DNA of 50,093 bases, counting the filler, from Stramenopiles sp. TOSAG23-3 (lineage: Eukaryota): NCBI GenBank assembly GCA_900128585.1. It is 4 parts of 4 records of this genome, joined end to end, with 100 filler letters (N's around TTAATTAATTAA, not from the genome) between each part and the next. Parts side by side here need not be neighbours in the genome. Positions count along the whole stretch, not along the records: positions 1 to 22,901 come from LT642322.1; positions 23,002 to 45,893 come from LT642323.1; 2 more parts are not named here. The stretch is one strand, 5' to 3'. The notes beneath the pieces are model-generated. The model worked only from the letters and a program-made list of their open reading frames with translations. It had not been told where the DNA came from and ran no database searches. Positions 18,431-29,256 of this stretch are shown here, piece after piece. Each line of letters opens with the position of its first letter. Positions within the stretch are counted from its first letter, which is position 1. Position numbers and translations under genes: made by a program.

Positions 18431-18946
18431 CTACGACCGGCATTCTTGGCTTTGGAGCAGCCTTCTCCTTCCCCGTTCCGGCAACGTCCAAGGACTTAAG
18501 CATTTCAAGGGTTTGTAGTGACAAAAGACTATGTCACCAGGTCTCTCATGAATGAGGAACCCGTTTCCCACAGAAGGTGCGAAGAAAATACCTGACCTGG
18601 ACCTAACATCTTCTGAGCACATAGTTATACAATGACCCAACACGTCCGTACAATCACCTTTAGCTTTCCTAGCGAGGGTTGTCCTGCATTTCGCCTTGCA
18701 AGCTGCAATTTGTGACGGTGACAGTGTCGGTGATGGTGTCGGTGTCGGTGTCGGTGATGGTGTCCTCTTCTTCCTCTTGTTCTTGTTGAATATTTTTTGA
18801 ACGCTGCGTTTGATCTTTTTTCTGAGTTTTTTGCCAAAAGTTAGGGTCCCTTTACGGTTGCTCAACAAGCTGCGTTTGGCCTCCAAACCATGGCAGGTGG
18901 AAACGACGAGCAGAACTGCACACAAAAGGATAAGTGTAAGCTTCAT
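18431..18946 (-). CDS. Small secreted Cys-rich protein with Pro/Thr linker
   Basis: Signal peptide MKLTLILLCAVLLVVSTCHG, basic stretch, TPSPTPTPTPSPT linker, several Cys and an RRRLL motif. Confidence 0.7.
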   Translation of the reverse strand: MKLTLILLCAVLLVVSTCHGLEAKRSLLSNRKGTLTFGKKLRKKIKRSVQKIFNKNKRKKRTPSPTPTPTPSPTLSPSQIAACKAKCRTTLARKAKGDCTDVLGHCITMCSEDVRSRSGIFFAPSVGNGFLIHERPGDIVFCHYKPLKCLSPWTLPERGRRRLLQSQECRS

Positions 18947-20268
18947 CTTTCGAAGAAAACAGAGCAATTATTTACGTTTTATAATATCCGAATGCACTGT
19001 GATTATCAACGCTGCTTGTTTCACCGCTTTGAAATCGTTGCAGAAGTTGTCCTGTTGGATGAACAAGGAAACACACGAATCTCACAAGGTTTGGGTGTAT
19101 CGTTCCGTATTATTTTAATACTACTACTACACGGTAATACGAAGGAAAAGAAGCAAAACAAAGTAACAACCCTTCCCTCCCCATCTTATTATAATATTAA
19201 CCAAAACTCATTAATCCCAAGCAGTCTTGGATATTCTACTACAAGTACCATTTGCCTTATACTCCCTCTGCTCTATAACTCCATCCATGCCTTCCTCCTC
19301 CGATCTCCGATCCCCCCCCCCTCCCCCCCCCACAATCCTCTTTCTTCCTCTCCGACTTCTTTCTTACAAACTACAGTAAACGCACCACACCATGAAACCC
19401 TGCATTGCATTGCATTTTTTCGTATTTCTTAGAAAATACCGAAAAAATTCTTTTTATTTTAGAAGACTACCTAAATAAATATTAATTGGATTAATAGACC
19501 TATTAATACTGTGTAATTATAAGACAATTATATACTGTAGTCGAAATCGAAATCGAAATTAACTTTAAATAGGAAAATCAAACCAAAACATTTCCTTCTT
19601 TTTTTTCAATAGTAGCTATAGATAAAATACATATTCATATAATTGTATTCTTATATCGTACTTAGGTTAAAATGTTAAAATCAGAAATTGATGAGAAAGT
19701 CAGAAAGTGAGAAAGTGAGTTGAATTGAAGAAAGTTCTTTAAAAAATGGTGAACATACAGATAGCATTGAGCCTTGAACATAATTCAATTACATATACAG
19801 AGCATAGTATGAACGAATCAGTTACTTTTCTTTTGAGATTTTGTATTCTAATTAACATAACAAGTATATTATAATACAATTCGTCCTATTTAATAATAAG
19901 AAATCGATGGTTTTTCAATTTTTCAACGTTATAACTATTAATTCAATGCTGTGTCCCTTCTATTCATAAAATAAAAGCATAACTTATTTTAATATAGAAA
20001 TACCATTGTATGAAAAAATAAAAAAACGTATTTATATAGACACAGCATCAAGATAAATTTGTCGTTAAAATTAAAATCGAACTGAATGCGTTGGTTTTTA
20101 TTATTGTTGTTTATGTAAATTATAATATTAATGTTATTTATATATAATTTGATTGTTGTAAGTGCCTTGATTTAATAATACGATGAATGAATGAAGGACT
20201 ATTTTTTCAATTCTTATTTTTTATTTAATAAAAAAATAACATTGTTATACCATTGAGAATGACACGCA

Positions 20269-20351
20269 CAAAAGAAAGAAGAAAGAAAGAAAGAAAGAAA
20301 GAAAAAGAAAAAAGAAAGAGAAAGAAAAGAAGAAAAAAAAGTAAGAAGAAA
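20269..20351. repeat. (AAAG)n-rich simple repeat
   Basis: Imperfect AAAG/AAG tract. Confidence 0.85.
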
Positions 20352-20582
20352 ACACCACTCCTATCGATCACATATGATACTATCTAGACTATGACACAAA
20401 TCAAACCAAAACTAAAAATTGAATTGCAGTAGCATGAATCGTTTAGTTTTTTATTGAAAATTTAATTTTACACACCATTTCATCTTACCTGAAAGTGCTT
20501 TGCTCCCTTTCTGCTATTGCAACGAGAGAATTGTTGAAGTTAGAATTTATTGATTTACTGTATCGTCGCTTTCAATTCTTCC

Positions 20583-22385
20583 ATGTCGACCCCTTTGGCA
20601 CCATCTACCGACCAGGCAACGGGTAACGGTTTTAATACAAATATTGCCTGCACTGCAACAACATCGCCCGCAAACATGCAAATGGACGCAGAGAACAAGC
20701 CGCCGAATGTGTCCCAGGCACCAACGATTAGTATCCCCACGGACAGCGCAATGGCGAAGCCAGCCGCAAACGCCGAGGCCGGCTCTCCTTCCTTGGAGTC
20801 GAGCGCCGCGGGGGCAGCAGCCCAGTTTTCGAAAATGACCGTCACTACGCAGGCACCGAATGCGAGGAGCGAGAGGGGCGCACCAGGCACTCCGGAGGCC
20901 GCCGCAGAGGAGGCCGCCGCCGCGCAACTTAAACCCGCCGACGTCGTCCTTGCGCCGTTGGCCAACGCGAGCACGGAGGAAGAGCTCATGGAAGGTCTGA
21001 ACAAGATTATGCTCGGGTTGACCGCAAAAGGTAAATTTTTGGGGATAACGAAGATGGACATGATTCGTGTTGGAAAAGAGAAGCGGCAAAAGGTAAAGGA
21101 GATGCCGGGAGTGTGGACCAAGAAGGTTGCCTCGACATTCGGGGCCACGTTGAAGCGTTTGAACTTGATCGTTTCCCTTGAAAAGAAGCGGGACGATGCC
21201 GAAGCGAAGCTCTCCAGGGCTGGGTATTTGCAGCAGTTTGGGTGCCTGTACGGGGACTCGTACTCCCTGAGCAGGGTCATTCGGAGCCAAGGGCTGGTTG
21301 CCGGGGTTCGCTTCGTCCGCATCGACTGCGGCGGGCAGCACGCGTCCGCGTTGACCGCCAGCGGGGACGTCTACACTTGGGGGGCAGGAAGTTTCGGCCA
21401 GCTGGGCCACGGGAACCGTTCCAGCCGGGACACCTTGAGCAAAGTGGAGAACTTGCCGAAGAGCCGGTGGATTGCGTGCGGGTACGCGTTCACCTGCTCC
21501 GTGTCCGAGGACGGGGAAATGTTCGCCTGGGGTGCAGGGGAGAACGGTCGCCTGGGAACGGGCGACACGGTCGACATTTGCCAGCCAACGAAGGTCCAAG
21601 CAGAGTGGAAAGCGAAGAAGATTTTTGCTGGAAGCGTGCACACGTGTGCCCTGTCGGAGGACAACGAGCTGTACTCGTGGGGCCACCGCAACTACACGGG
21701 CCACGGCGGCACGGAGGACGTTCTGACCCCTGCCAAGTTGGAGACCTTCGAGGGAAAGCTGTGCCACATGGCCTCCATCGGCCCGGGCGGTTACCACACG
21801 ATGGCCCTGACGGTCTCTGGGAGCGTGTACACGTGGGGCCACAACCGTGTCGGGCAGCTTGGGTTCGACAACGACAACAGGACGTCGACCACCACCGAGG
21901 GTGCATTTTTTTATCCCGTGCCACGCTTTGTAAGCGCTTTGGCAGGGATGCAGATTCGGTCCGTTTCTGCAGGGTGGGGCCACAGCGCCGTGCTGAACTA
22001 CAATGGGGAAGTTTATATGTGCGGGAGAAATTACCGTGGACAGGTCGGCATGCAGCCGAGCGCGTGTCCTAGAAACGAGCGAGGACACCCATACCTCCCT
22101 CAATTTACCCTGGTGGACGGGCTCGCAGGCCAGAAAGTGGAACAGATTGCCTGTGGCGGCGAGCACACGGCCGCGGTTACCGCAGAGGGCAGCCTTTACC
22201 TATGGGGCGACGACGCGTGCGCGCAGCTCGGCCACTCGAAGTCCGTATCCCAGGAATATTCGAACGGCAAGCAACGCTACAAGTGGCAACCGCACCTTGT
22301 CGACGGCACGCCTACCGTGGGGAAAGTCGTGCATGTTGCCCTGGGGTCGGCCGTAACATTTTTGTTGAGTGGGACCGAGGAGTAA
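20583..22385 (+). CDS. RCC1/BLIP-II beta-propeller repeat protein
   Basis: About 7 RCC1 repeats (IDCGGQH..G.VYTWGAGSFGQLGHG; IACGGEHTAAV) after an Ala/Pro-rich N-terminus. First ATG at 20583. Confidence 0.92.
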   Translation: MSTPLAPSTDQATGNGFNTNIACTATTSPANMQMDAENKPPNVSQAPTISIPTDSAMAKPAANAEAGSPSLESSAAGAAAQFSKMTVTTQAPNARSERGAPGTPEAAAEEAAAAQLKPADVVLAPLANASTEEELMEGLNKIMLGLTAKGKFLGITKMDMIRVGKEKRQKVKEMPGVWTKKVASTFGATLKRLNLIVSLEKKRDDAEAKLSRAGYLQQFGCLYGDSYSLSRVIRSQGLVAGVRFVRIDCGGQHASALTASGDVYTWGAGSFGQLGHGNRSSRDTLSKVENLPKSRWIACGYAFTCSVSEDGEMFAWGAGENGRLGTGDTVDICQPTKVQAEWKAKKIFAGSVHTCALSEDNELYSWGHRNYTGHGGTEDVLTPAKLETFEGKLCHMASIGPGGYHTMALTVSGSVYTWGHNRVGQLGFDNDNRTSTTTEGAFFYPVPRFVSALAGMQIRSVSAGWGHSAVLNYNGEVYMCGRNYRGQVGMQPSACPRNERGHPYLPQFTLVDGLAGQKVEQIACGGEHTAAVTAEGSLYLWGDDACAQLGHSKSVSQEYSNGKQRYKWQPHLVDGTPTVGKVVHVALGSAVTFLLSGTEE

Positions 22386-22652
22386 TTTTTCAAATTACTG
22401 CGCCACGACACGAGACCAGAACGAGCGCTGCCCGTCAGCGCATAATTTTTGTACAAAGTAAGGAGATAAGAATATATACTAACAACTGTGGGAACGATGC
22501 TGTAACTAAGAAAAACATAATCATCCTCATAATTCTCTTACTTTTGCCTTTCCAAATATAGCATATCATTTGTTTTTCATACTCAACGTCTTTTAAAACA
22601 CTATACAATGCCAAATATCCCCTGTACCCACCGGGCGCTTTCGCGCTACAAA

Positions 22653-22901
22653 CTAAAAAAATCCTAGGAACCCTTCTGCCATCTCTACCCCCACGGCTTT
22701 GCCGATCTGCTGGGCGACCCACGTAGAAGTGTTCCAGGGAGGTTCAGGGTATTGGCTCTTGTGCAAACTTTGTGCTCGGACTTTCATTCCAAGAAGCGTT
22801 TCATCTAGCTCTACAAAGTGGGTGATCGGCTGGCTCTTCGTCAGCGCGAAGAAGTACAATTGTTCGACTTTCCATTTCTCTAAATTCCCAGCATCCGAGA
22901 G
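22653..22901 (-). CDS. 3' end of PIG-L/LmbE-family deacetylase (cut by contig edge)
   Basis: Frame is open to the gap: GNLEKWKVEQLYFF..ITHFVELDETLLGMKVRAQSLHKSQ..AEGF, matching the family's K..A...H.SQ...AE.F pattern. Confidence 0.75.
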   Translation of the reverse strand, partial: LSDAGNLEKWKVEQLYFFALTKSQPITHFVELDETLLGMKVRAQSLHKSQYPEPPWNTSTWVAQQIGKAVGVEMAEGFLGFF

Positions 22902-23001
22902 NNNNNNNNNNNNNNNNNNNNNNNNNNNNNNNNNNNNNNNNNNNNTTAATTAATTAANNNNNNNNNNNNNNNNNNNNNNNNNNNNNNNNNNNNNNNNNNN
23001 N
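22902..23001. other. Artificial contig linker
   Basis: N44-TTAATTAATTAA-N44, which gives stops in all six frames. Confidence 0.98.
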
Positions 23002-23645
23002 AATTTTTGTCGCCAAATAGATATTTATACAAAATGCAGTTCAATTAAAAAAAGGAGGCAGGAAAAAAAAAAAAAGTGGGACCCCAACTCTACGGCCGAG
23101 GGGTAGTTGTCGTCCTTTGGGGGTGAAAACCCATGATCTTCAGCAATGTCTTGGGACCTCCTTCGGTGCGAACGTTGGGAAATGGTGAGCACGGGCTTTC
23201 CCCTCTCCGACTGCTCGCCTTCCCCAGCCGCCTTCGGCCGTTTTGGTTTCCGACGCTGTTGATCAGAGACAATATGCGACATTATGAATTTTAAAACAAA
23301 TAACTCAAAGGCCTGACAAAAAATTGGAACGACCAATCAACTATCAATTCCTCTTTGTTTTTGCTATTAAAAATTAATTTTATTTATGCTCCTAGTTAAC
23401 TAGATTTTTAAAATCGCATTCTCATTTTTATTTATTAAAAGAAAAAATTAAAATACATTTTGTTGTGTTGTTTGTTGTTGTTAATCACTCATCCTACAAC
23501 GGTCGGTTATTCATCGGGCACCAGGAATATTTAGCAACTAAATATGGAGCGGCTAACAATTAAATGAAAAGTTCATTAAAAATTTAAATTACAGGCACAC
23601 ACCATACAGTTAATGAATTCAATTCTTCCTCTCCTCATTCTGTTT

Positions 23646-24860
23646 TTACGCAAGGTTAAACCCTGTGATATTTTCCAACGCAACCGCAAACCGTTTCCTA
23701 AGAATGTCTTTCGTGGAATACTCGGGAAAGCTGATGATATTGAAACAGGTATGGGCGGCGGGCAAAAGGTTATCGTTATCCCCACTTCGCTGTACTCGGA
23801 ATATCAGGCTCGACAGGCCTTTCAGCGGAACACGGTCATTCCCAGTAACAAAGAACAGCAAGTTTCGCTTCTCTTTTTCCGTAAACGAGGACACAACGTC
23901 CCAGAACCATTGCACGACCTTGGAGTCCTTTGTGTACCCGTCCATGTACATTGTGCTCTTCTTCAAAGCACCAAAGTCGCCCACCAGGTTGGGATTTCCG
24001 CAAAGCAATAGCTCCAGCTCGTTTGCTCGGCACAAGGTCAACGCGGGGCAGCCTACTACTCTGTGAAAGCCTCTTGCAAACGATTCGATTTCAAGCCAGT
24101 TTCTGTCGAACAGCTCGTTCTTGGTGTATAGTTCAACGAATTCTTGAACGTTTTTCCGACATACAGGAATGCTGGCCCCGCCCGGCTTTAATTCTTCGTC
24201 CCACAAGTGCCAGCCTTCACCCTTCGACTCAGAAGAATCATCCTGATCGCTCAACGGCGCGCGCGCACTTGCAACAAAGCTTTGGTCCACGGCCAAGAGT
24301 TCGTCCTCGCTCATCTCTCCAAGTTGTTTCAATGACCTCGCAAGCATCGGGCGCAGCTCTGCCAAATCGTTCAAGGAAGGCTTTTGGAACGACTGGGTCC
24401 TGACCGTATTGCTGCCGTTGAAAGCCTCCAAATAGCTGTAAAAAATGTGGGGGAACTTTAAGTCTATGTAAACACCGTTGTACATTGCCAAGCCGATCAG
24501 TGCGCCACAAATTTCAAACAAGCTCGATGGTATTGTGGCCTTGGTGACCCGGCTGGAAGACTCTTCTTCGGGTTTTGAAACGAACAGTGGGGTGGCAAAC
24601 CAAACCATCTTTGACTCCGGGTCAACCTCAAAGAGTCGCTTGTTCAACAGCAATTCTTTCACGGCTAAGGAACAAAATTCCTTGGTCAGCCCTCCTTCAT
24701 CGATCCCATCTTCCCCCTTAAAATGCACTCGTAACGGTCGGTGAAGTTGGCTTGGTTTCGCGTCCTTTATTGCTGTGATAGCGTCGCTCAGCAACGATTC
24801 TCGCGACACACTCACGTTAAAGAACACCTCATCCTTCAGCTCGGGGCGACCGCGGACAGC
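23646..24860 (-). CDS. HECT E3 ubiquitin ligase, 5'-truncated
   Basis: LRVHFKGEDGIDEGGLTKEF, LLFFVTGNDRVP and catalytic LPAAHTCFN. There is no in-frame ATG upstream of the HECT domain. Confidence 0.92.
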   Translation of the reverse strand, partial: AVRGRPELKDEVFFNVSVSRESLLSDAITAIKDAKPSQLHRPLRVHFKGEDGIDEGGLTKEFCSLAVKELLLNKRLFEVDPESKMVWFATPLFVSKPEEESSSRVTKATIPSSLFEICGALIGLAMYNGVYIDLKFPHIFYSYLEAFNGSNTVRTQSFQKPSLNDLAELRPMLARSLKQLGEMSEDELLAVDQSFVASARAPLSDQDDSSESKGEGWHLWDEELKPGGASIPVCRKNVQEFVELYTKNELFDRNWLEIESFARGFHRVVGCPALTLCRANELELLLCGNPNLVGDFGALKKSTMYMDGYTKDSKVVQWFWDVVSSFTEKEKRNLLFFVTGNDRVPLKGLSSLIFRVQRSGDNDNLLPAAHTCFNIISFPEYSTKDILRKRFAVALENITGFNLA

Positions 24861-25451
24861 TACATTGTTTACTTGGAGCAATCCTGGCAGTCCGTGCGCC
24901 GGTCTGGGACGAAAGTGCGAGGCATCATCGTCTGCGACATTACCGGGGCCGGCCTAGGGATGATCAATTACATCTCGGTCATTAAGCAGATCTCCAGCAA
25001 GGGGATATTGTATTACCCAGAGATAACGGAAAAGGTAATCCTCGTCAACGCCGGGTGGATCATTTCTACGCTGTGGGCCGCGGTTCGGCCCTTTCTCCCC
25101 AAGCGGACGAAGGGAAAGTTCAAAATATTAGGCAGTTCCGAGGCAGAATTAGAGGAACATTTGTACCCTTACGTTGTGGGGGGAAGGGACCAGTTGCCCT
25201 CTTTCCTTGGTGGAAAACTCGGCGAGGACCAGCACAGCGTATGCCCCGCAACACAAGTAGACGAAGCGTACGGCATTGTATTAGACGAGGTCATCGAGTG
25301 GAAAAATTTGGCCGGCGACAAAGAGTACCCCGATACGAAGGAGTTCTTGGCAAAGTGCCGGGGGCACGCAGAGGCAAACCAGAACACCGCCCGGATGGAC
25401 AAAATCGACGCCTTCGTTTCCAAGCACGGGCTGTCCCTTCCGGAGAAATGA
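24858..25451 (+). CDS. CRAL-TRIO (Sec14) lipid-binding protein, 5'-truncated
   Basis: YIVYLEQ..IIVCDITGAG..YYPEITEKVILVNAGW..LWAAVRPFLPKRTKGKFKILG..LPSFLGG. The N-terminal part is missing. Confidence 0.88.
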   Translation, partial: SYIVYLEQSWQSVRRSGTKVRGIIVCDITGAGLGMINYISVIKQISSKGILYYPEITEKVILVNAGWIISTLWAAVRPFLPKRTKGKFKILGSSEAELEEHLYPYVVGGRDQLPSFLGGKLGEDQHSVCPATQVDEAYGIVLDEVIEWKNLAGDKEYPDTKEFLAKCRGHAEANQNTARMDKIDAFVSKHGLSLPEK

Positions 25452-25850
25452 AGGAGAGCGGGAGGTTAACTTTTATTGACATCTTACTTTTTATTGTAAT
25501 ATCTCACGTAAGTTCTTAAACGTTTTTTTCAATATCGTAAACGCCTGAAGTACTCCGTACCGATATTGAAAAGTTTGCGTGTATACACGACAAGTGCATT
25601 GAGGGGGAGGAGAAGGATCGAAGATATCCTAGGTATTTGGCACCCTCCAGAAAGACAACCAAACGTAATCAATTCAACCTCTTGGCCTTCACTTTCCAGC
25701 TGGGACCGGAGTTGTTTTGTTAGCAGAACAACCCATGCCACCGACTATTTAGAACGTGTACTATAAAAAAAACGTGTACTATATCATTAGTTTTTTTAGA
25801 ACGTGTACATGTGTTTTGATGATGCCCGAAAGAAATGGATAAAAACAATA

Positions 25851-25911
25851 AAAAAACAAGAAAATTGGCTGTTATTTAATTTAAGTATTCATAATTAAAT
25901 TTAGCTTCCTC
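25851..25911 (+). repeat. Dispersed AAAATTGGCTGTTATTTAA element copy
   Basis: AAAAAACAAGAAAATTGGCTGTTATTTAA...AAATTTAGCTTCCTC; the tail is shared with the 42861 copy. Confidence 0.8.
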
Positions 25912-26193
25912 AAACCCTAAAAACAATATAAATGGCAAATCCCAAGAGCATCGCGGCTGCCGTGCTTTTCTTCGAACAGCATTAAACAACTGGAACTTTA
26001 GGTTTCTTTTATTGTGTGTTTTTTAAACGTAAAAATAAAAAAGTAAACGCGTCATAAAATACTAAATACATTGTATATTGAGATTTATAATATTTTTTTT
26101 TCATACACACACTGTACACAGTAAAAAATGCATTTTTTCCCCCTTCTGCACTTAATTTTACACCCCTTCCAACTGAGGAGGCCTTGGCACCAC

Positions 26194-26625
26194 TTACTTT
26201 TTCCCGGAGCGCTTTCCCTCTCCTTTTCTCGGCGGGCCCTTTCCCCTACGCCGCAAGCGTTCTAGCTGGTTCTTCCGCCTTTCTTTCTTCAAAGAGGTGA
26301 AATCCCCCCCCAGAGCCTCCTCTAAGGTCGTCGGGTACCAGCTATTCACGGCGTCCCCAATAAGACGCTTGTTCCTCTGCTTGTTTCCTAATCGCATCCC
26401 GGCCGGCCCACGCCTCCTCTTTATCGCTTCCCAACCAGGCACACGTTCCCCAGACGGAAGGGTAGTTTTTGCAACAAACTCTTCGACCGTTTCATTACCA
26501 TCTAAATCCATCGCACCGCTGTTACTACTGAAAAAGCCCTTGGCCACATTGGCAGGGCAGGAGGGCACGGCACGCTTCACCGGCACCATCTTAACGGACG
26601 ACAACACCCTACGAAAAGCAAGCAT
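26194..26625 (-). CDS. MRPS33: Mitochondrial ribosomal protein mS33 (Rsm27-like)
   Basis: Presequence-like MLAFRRVLSS, R.GNK....RLIG..VNSWYP and C-terminal RRRGKGPPRKGEGKRS. Confidence 0.88.
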   Translation of the reverse strand: MLAFRRVLSSVKMVPVKRAVPSCPANVAKGFFSSNSGAMDLDGNETVEEFVAKTTLPSGERVPGWEAIKRRRGPAGMRLGNKQRNKRLIGDAVNSWYPTTLEEALGGDFTSLKKERRKNQLERLRRRGKGPPRKGEGKRSGKK

Positions 26626-27191
26626 GTTGAGAGGCAAAACGAAACAAAATAATACACTGCAATCAACGTTCAAACAATTCCAGAAAAATGAACAGACACA
26701 AATGCGTTAAATCAACATGACTGAATACTTATTTCATAAACCGATTCGTAGGTGCGCATCGGTCTCTTTTGAGTTTTAAAAATCGACTGTTTGTTCATAC
26801 GTTTTATTGCTACAGGTACCTGGTATTAATACCATCCAAGCACCAAGTAACAACACAAAAATAAATAATTAATTAATAAAAAAAATTAAGAAGAAAAAAG
26901 AAAGAAGAAGAAGAAAAGAAGAAGACGAAAAGAAGCTTCTTTCGTTGGTTGTGATTTTCATATTGTTATTACAATATGTAAAGTATACGATAACAATAAA
27001 TAGGAAAAGAACAAAATAAATGGATTTAGAATAGAAATGCATTGTATTATTTTTTGAGTTTTTTTATACTTAGATCGTCTATTTAAAATTTTCAGTAAAA
27101 GTATATCGTTTTGTATAGTAATAATTTACGATTTAGGAATAAAAATAATTTGAACTATCTCTACTGTACGAATATCTGAAATCTCGACTAA

Positions 27192-28574
27192 TCACCAATG
27201 GCTGCTGCCGCTTTCTTTCACATTCGTCTGCTTGAAACATGGTGGCACAGGGGTTGTGCCATTTGTAGCTATGCCTTGAACCCCTTCGCAATGGTAAAAG
27301 TCTTTTCCCCATGGCTTTTTGGATGGGTCCGTAGGATCTACCACAACATGGTCGAACACAACACCCTTCATTGGTCGTTTTGAGTTGCCAAACACTATCC
27401 CTGGGCTTTCCTTTGGCGATCGAATTTCAACGTTTCTCAGCGTGATGTTTGTCCAATCCATTGTCGTAGGTGGTGGAGGACAGTCCGAGGACAGACTGGG
27501 CCACAGCAAAGAGCATGCGCCTTTACTGTCGGCTTCCTGGGCAGGCCCAATCCAAATTGGTACTTGCTCCGGCGCGTCCATGACAATGTCTTCGTACAAA
27601 ACATTAGTGATTTCTCCAGATGCCTGTGGGTCGAAACTGTTTCCGCTCTTAATATAAATTCCTTTGTAGGTGTGGTGCATGTGAGCATGCCGAAATGTTA
27701 CATTCCGGATGCAGTTGTGTCCTCGAGTTGGGTGAATTGCCCCAACTGTCAGCCCTAGCCCACTTGCATTTACATTTTCCACAAGCACATTCTCTGTACA
27801 CTGCGCATTGAAACCGCGCGCATCTAGTGGTTGAATGGTGAAGCAGTCGTCCTGGTTCCAAACGCTGCAATGGTGGATGTGAATATTTTTCCCTGCGACA
27901 TCAAACCCGTCAGTGTTGAACGCCGCCAGGTTCGCCACGCCGTGGCCATCATCCTCGTTGACACGGTTCGAAATATGGCAGTCGACGATCTCGAGGTTCA
28001 ATATGTCGTACGCCGTAAACGTCCAATACGCAGAATTGACAAACCTCCATTTTTCCACCAACACATTGGTCGCGTTCAGTAGACTAAATAGACGAGGACG
28101 GTTCTCTCCATGCAACAGGTAATTGATGTAACCCCACCAGCTTCCACCAGACCCATCCAGCGTACCACCCCCCAACGACGTCAGCGTAAGGCCCGTGCAG
28201 TTTGCAAAGAAGATCGCCTCCTGCACGCACGTCCCAGTTTTTTTAGGCTGCAACGGGTTCCGTTTTTCCACGCACTTTTCCGTTGGCCAAGCTTTTCGCC
28301 CTGGAAGAAATTTCAGCGTTCCGTCCAGTTGGATAGTAACATTGTCCAAACCAGAACCACGAACTCCTCCCGCAAGCCAGTAGGTTTCATTCTTAATCAA
28401 CACTGAATCCCCTGATCGGAGGCCGGCAAGGACTTCGTTGAAAATTTTCGTATTTCTAGACGATGCTGACTGGGAGGATGGGTTACCCTGAAAAACAAAC
28501 TCTTTTGCGGCGGCAGGATGGTGGGCAACTACACCCAGGAAACAAACAACCGCAAGAGAAATTGGACACCCCAT
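27192..28574 (-). CDS. Secreted glycoside hydrolase family 28 (polygalacturonase-like)
   Basis: Signal peptide, LDGSGGSWW, RPRL, NTDGFD, NQDDC and beta-helix repeats. The GHG and RIK motifs are altered to GLG and YIK. Confidence 0.9.
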   Translation of the reverse strand: MGCPISLAVVCFLGVVAHHPAAAKEFVFQGNPSSQSASSRNTKIFNEVLAGLRSGDSVLIKNETYWLAGGVRGSGLDNVTIQLDGTLKFLPGRKAWPTEKCVEKRNPLQPKKTGTCVQEAIFFANCTGLTLTSLGGGTLDGSGGSWWGYINYLLHGENRPRLFSLLNATNVLVEKWRFVNSAYWTFTAYDILNLEIVDCHISNRVNEDDGHGVANLAAFNTDGFDVAGKNIHIHHCSVWNQDDCFTIQPLDARGFNAQCTENVLVENVNASGLGLTVGAIHPTRGHNCIRNVTFRHAHMHHTYKGIYIKSGNSFDPQASGEITNVLYEDIVMDAPEQVPIWIGPAQEADSKGACSLLWPSLSSDCPPPPTTMDWTNITLRNVEIRSPKESPGIVFGNSKRPMKGVVFDHVVVDPTDPSKKPWGKDFYHCEGVQGIATNGTTPVPPCFKQTNVKESGSSHW

Positions 28575-29256
28575 GATTCTCAAACTGAAAAGTAATTCAT
28601 ATACAGGAATTCCTTATTTTGTTTTTCGAAAATTTAATAAAATACAAAATTTCACAGCTTCGTCTTCAGTCGGGTTTACTATCAACCTCCAACAAAAAAA
28701 CTATCGGATGCATCGGAGGAGAGCGCATACACAAACCGAACTCTTTCTACCTGTACTACTATTAATACCAACCAAGGTATAAAATACCCGTTACGACGAG
28801 GATGAGGAAGGATGCGACGATGATAAAAAGATTTTATTTTTTTTTCAATCTTCTTCTATCTTCTATTTTATCTCCTCTATGTTGTCGAATTATATCTCCT
28901 CGTACTTGTAATGTCACAAGCTTGTACGGTACGGATATAGGTATTAGATACAGGTAATACCAGGTACAATAGGTTCCATGTACCATAGTCTAGTGTAGTA
29001 AATATATTTATTTTTTCTCATCCATCACATCTCTCAGTCATCAGAGCATCAGAGTCAGTGGAAAAATAATAATAATATTTTCATAAATATATCGTTGAAG
29101 TTGTTAATTTTTATTATGGAAATTTTAATATATAGGTATTATTCCCGCTTCATTCTATCTAGAGGTGACATCACAAGAATGAATGATTTGAAAATACAAT
29201 TTCAGAGCAACATTATCCAGCTAATAAATCTATTGTAATTACTTTAATCAACTGAG

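Noticed and set aside
20547..22166. 539-aa antisense ORF, and other long shadow ORFs such as 2002-2715 and 34470-35489
   Set aside because: They mirror real genes whose codon usage suppresses antisense stops, and they show no recognisable motifs.
22946..22957. Palindromic TTAATTAATTAA repeated three times in the window
   Set aside because: It is always centred in N-runs, so it is a synthetic linker.
23025..23282. Minus-strand ORF MSHIVSDQQRRK... near the contig edge
   Set aside because: It may be a first exon or a fragment, but it has no family motif or clear splice donor, so it is too weak to call.
20583..24860. RCC1 gene and HECT gene as a split HERC ligase
   Set aside because: They are on opposite strands and different contigs, and the RCC1 gene has its own stop codon.
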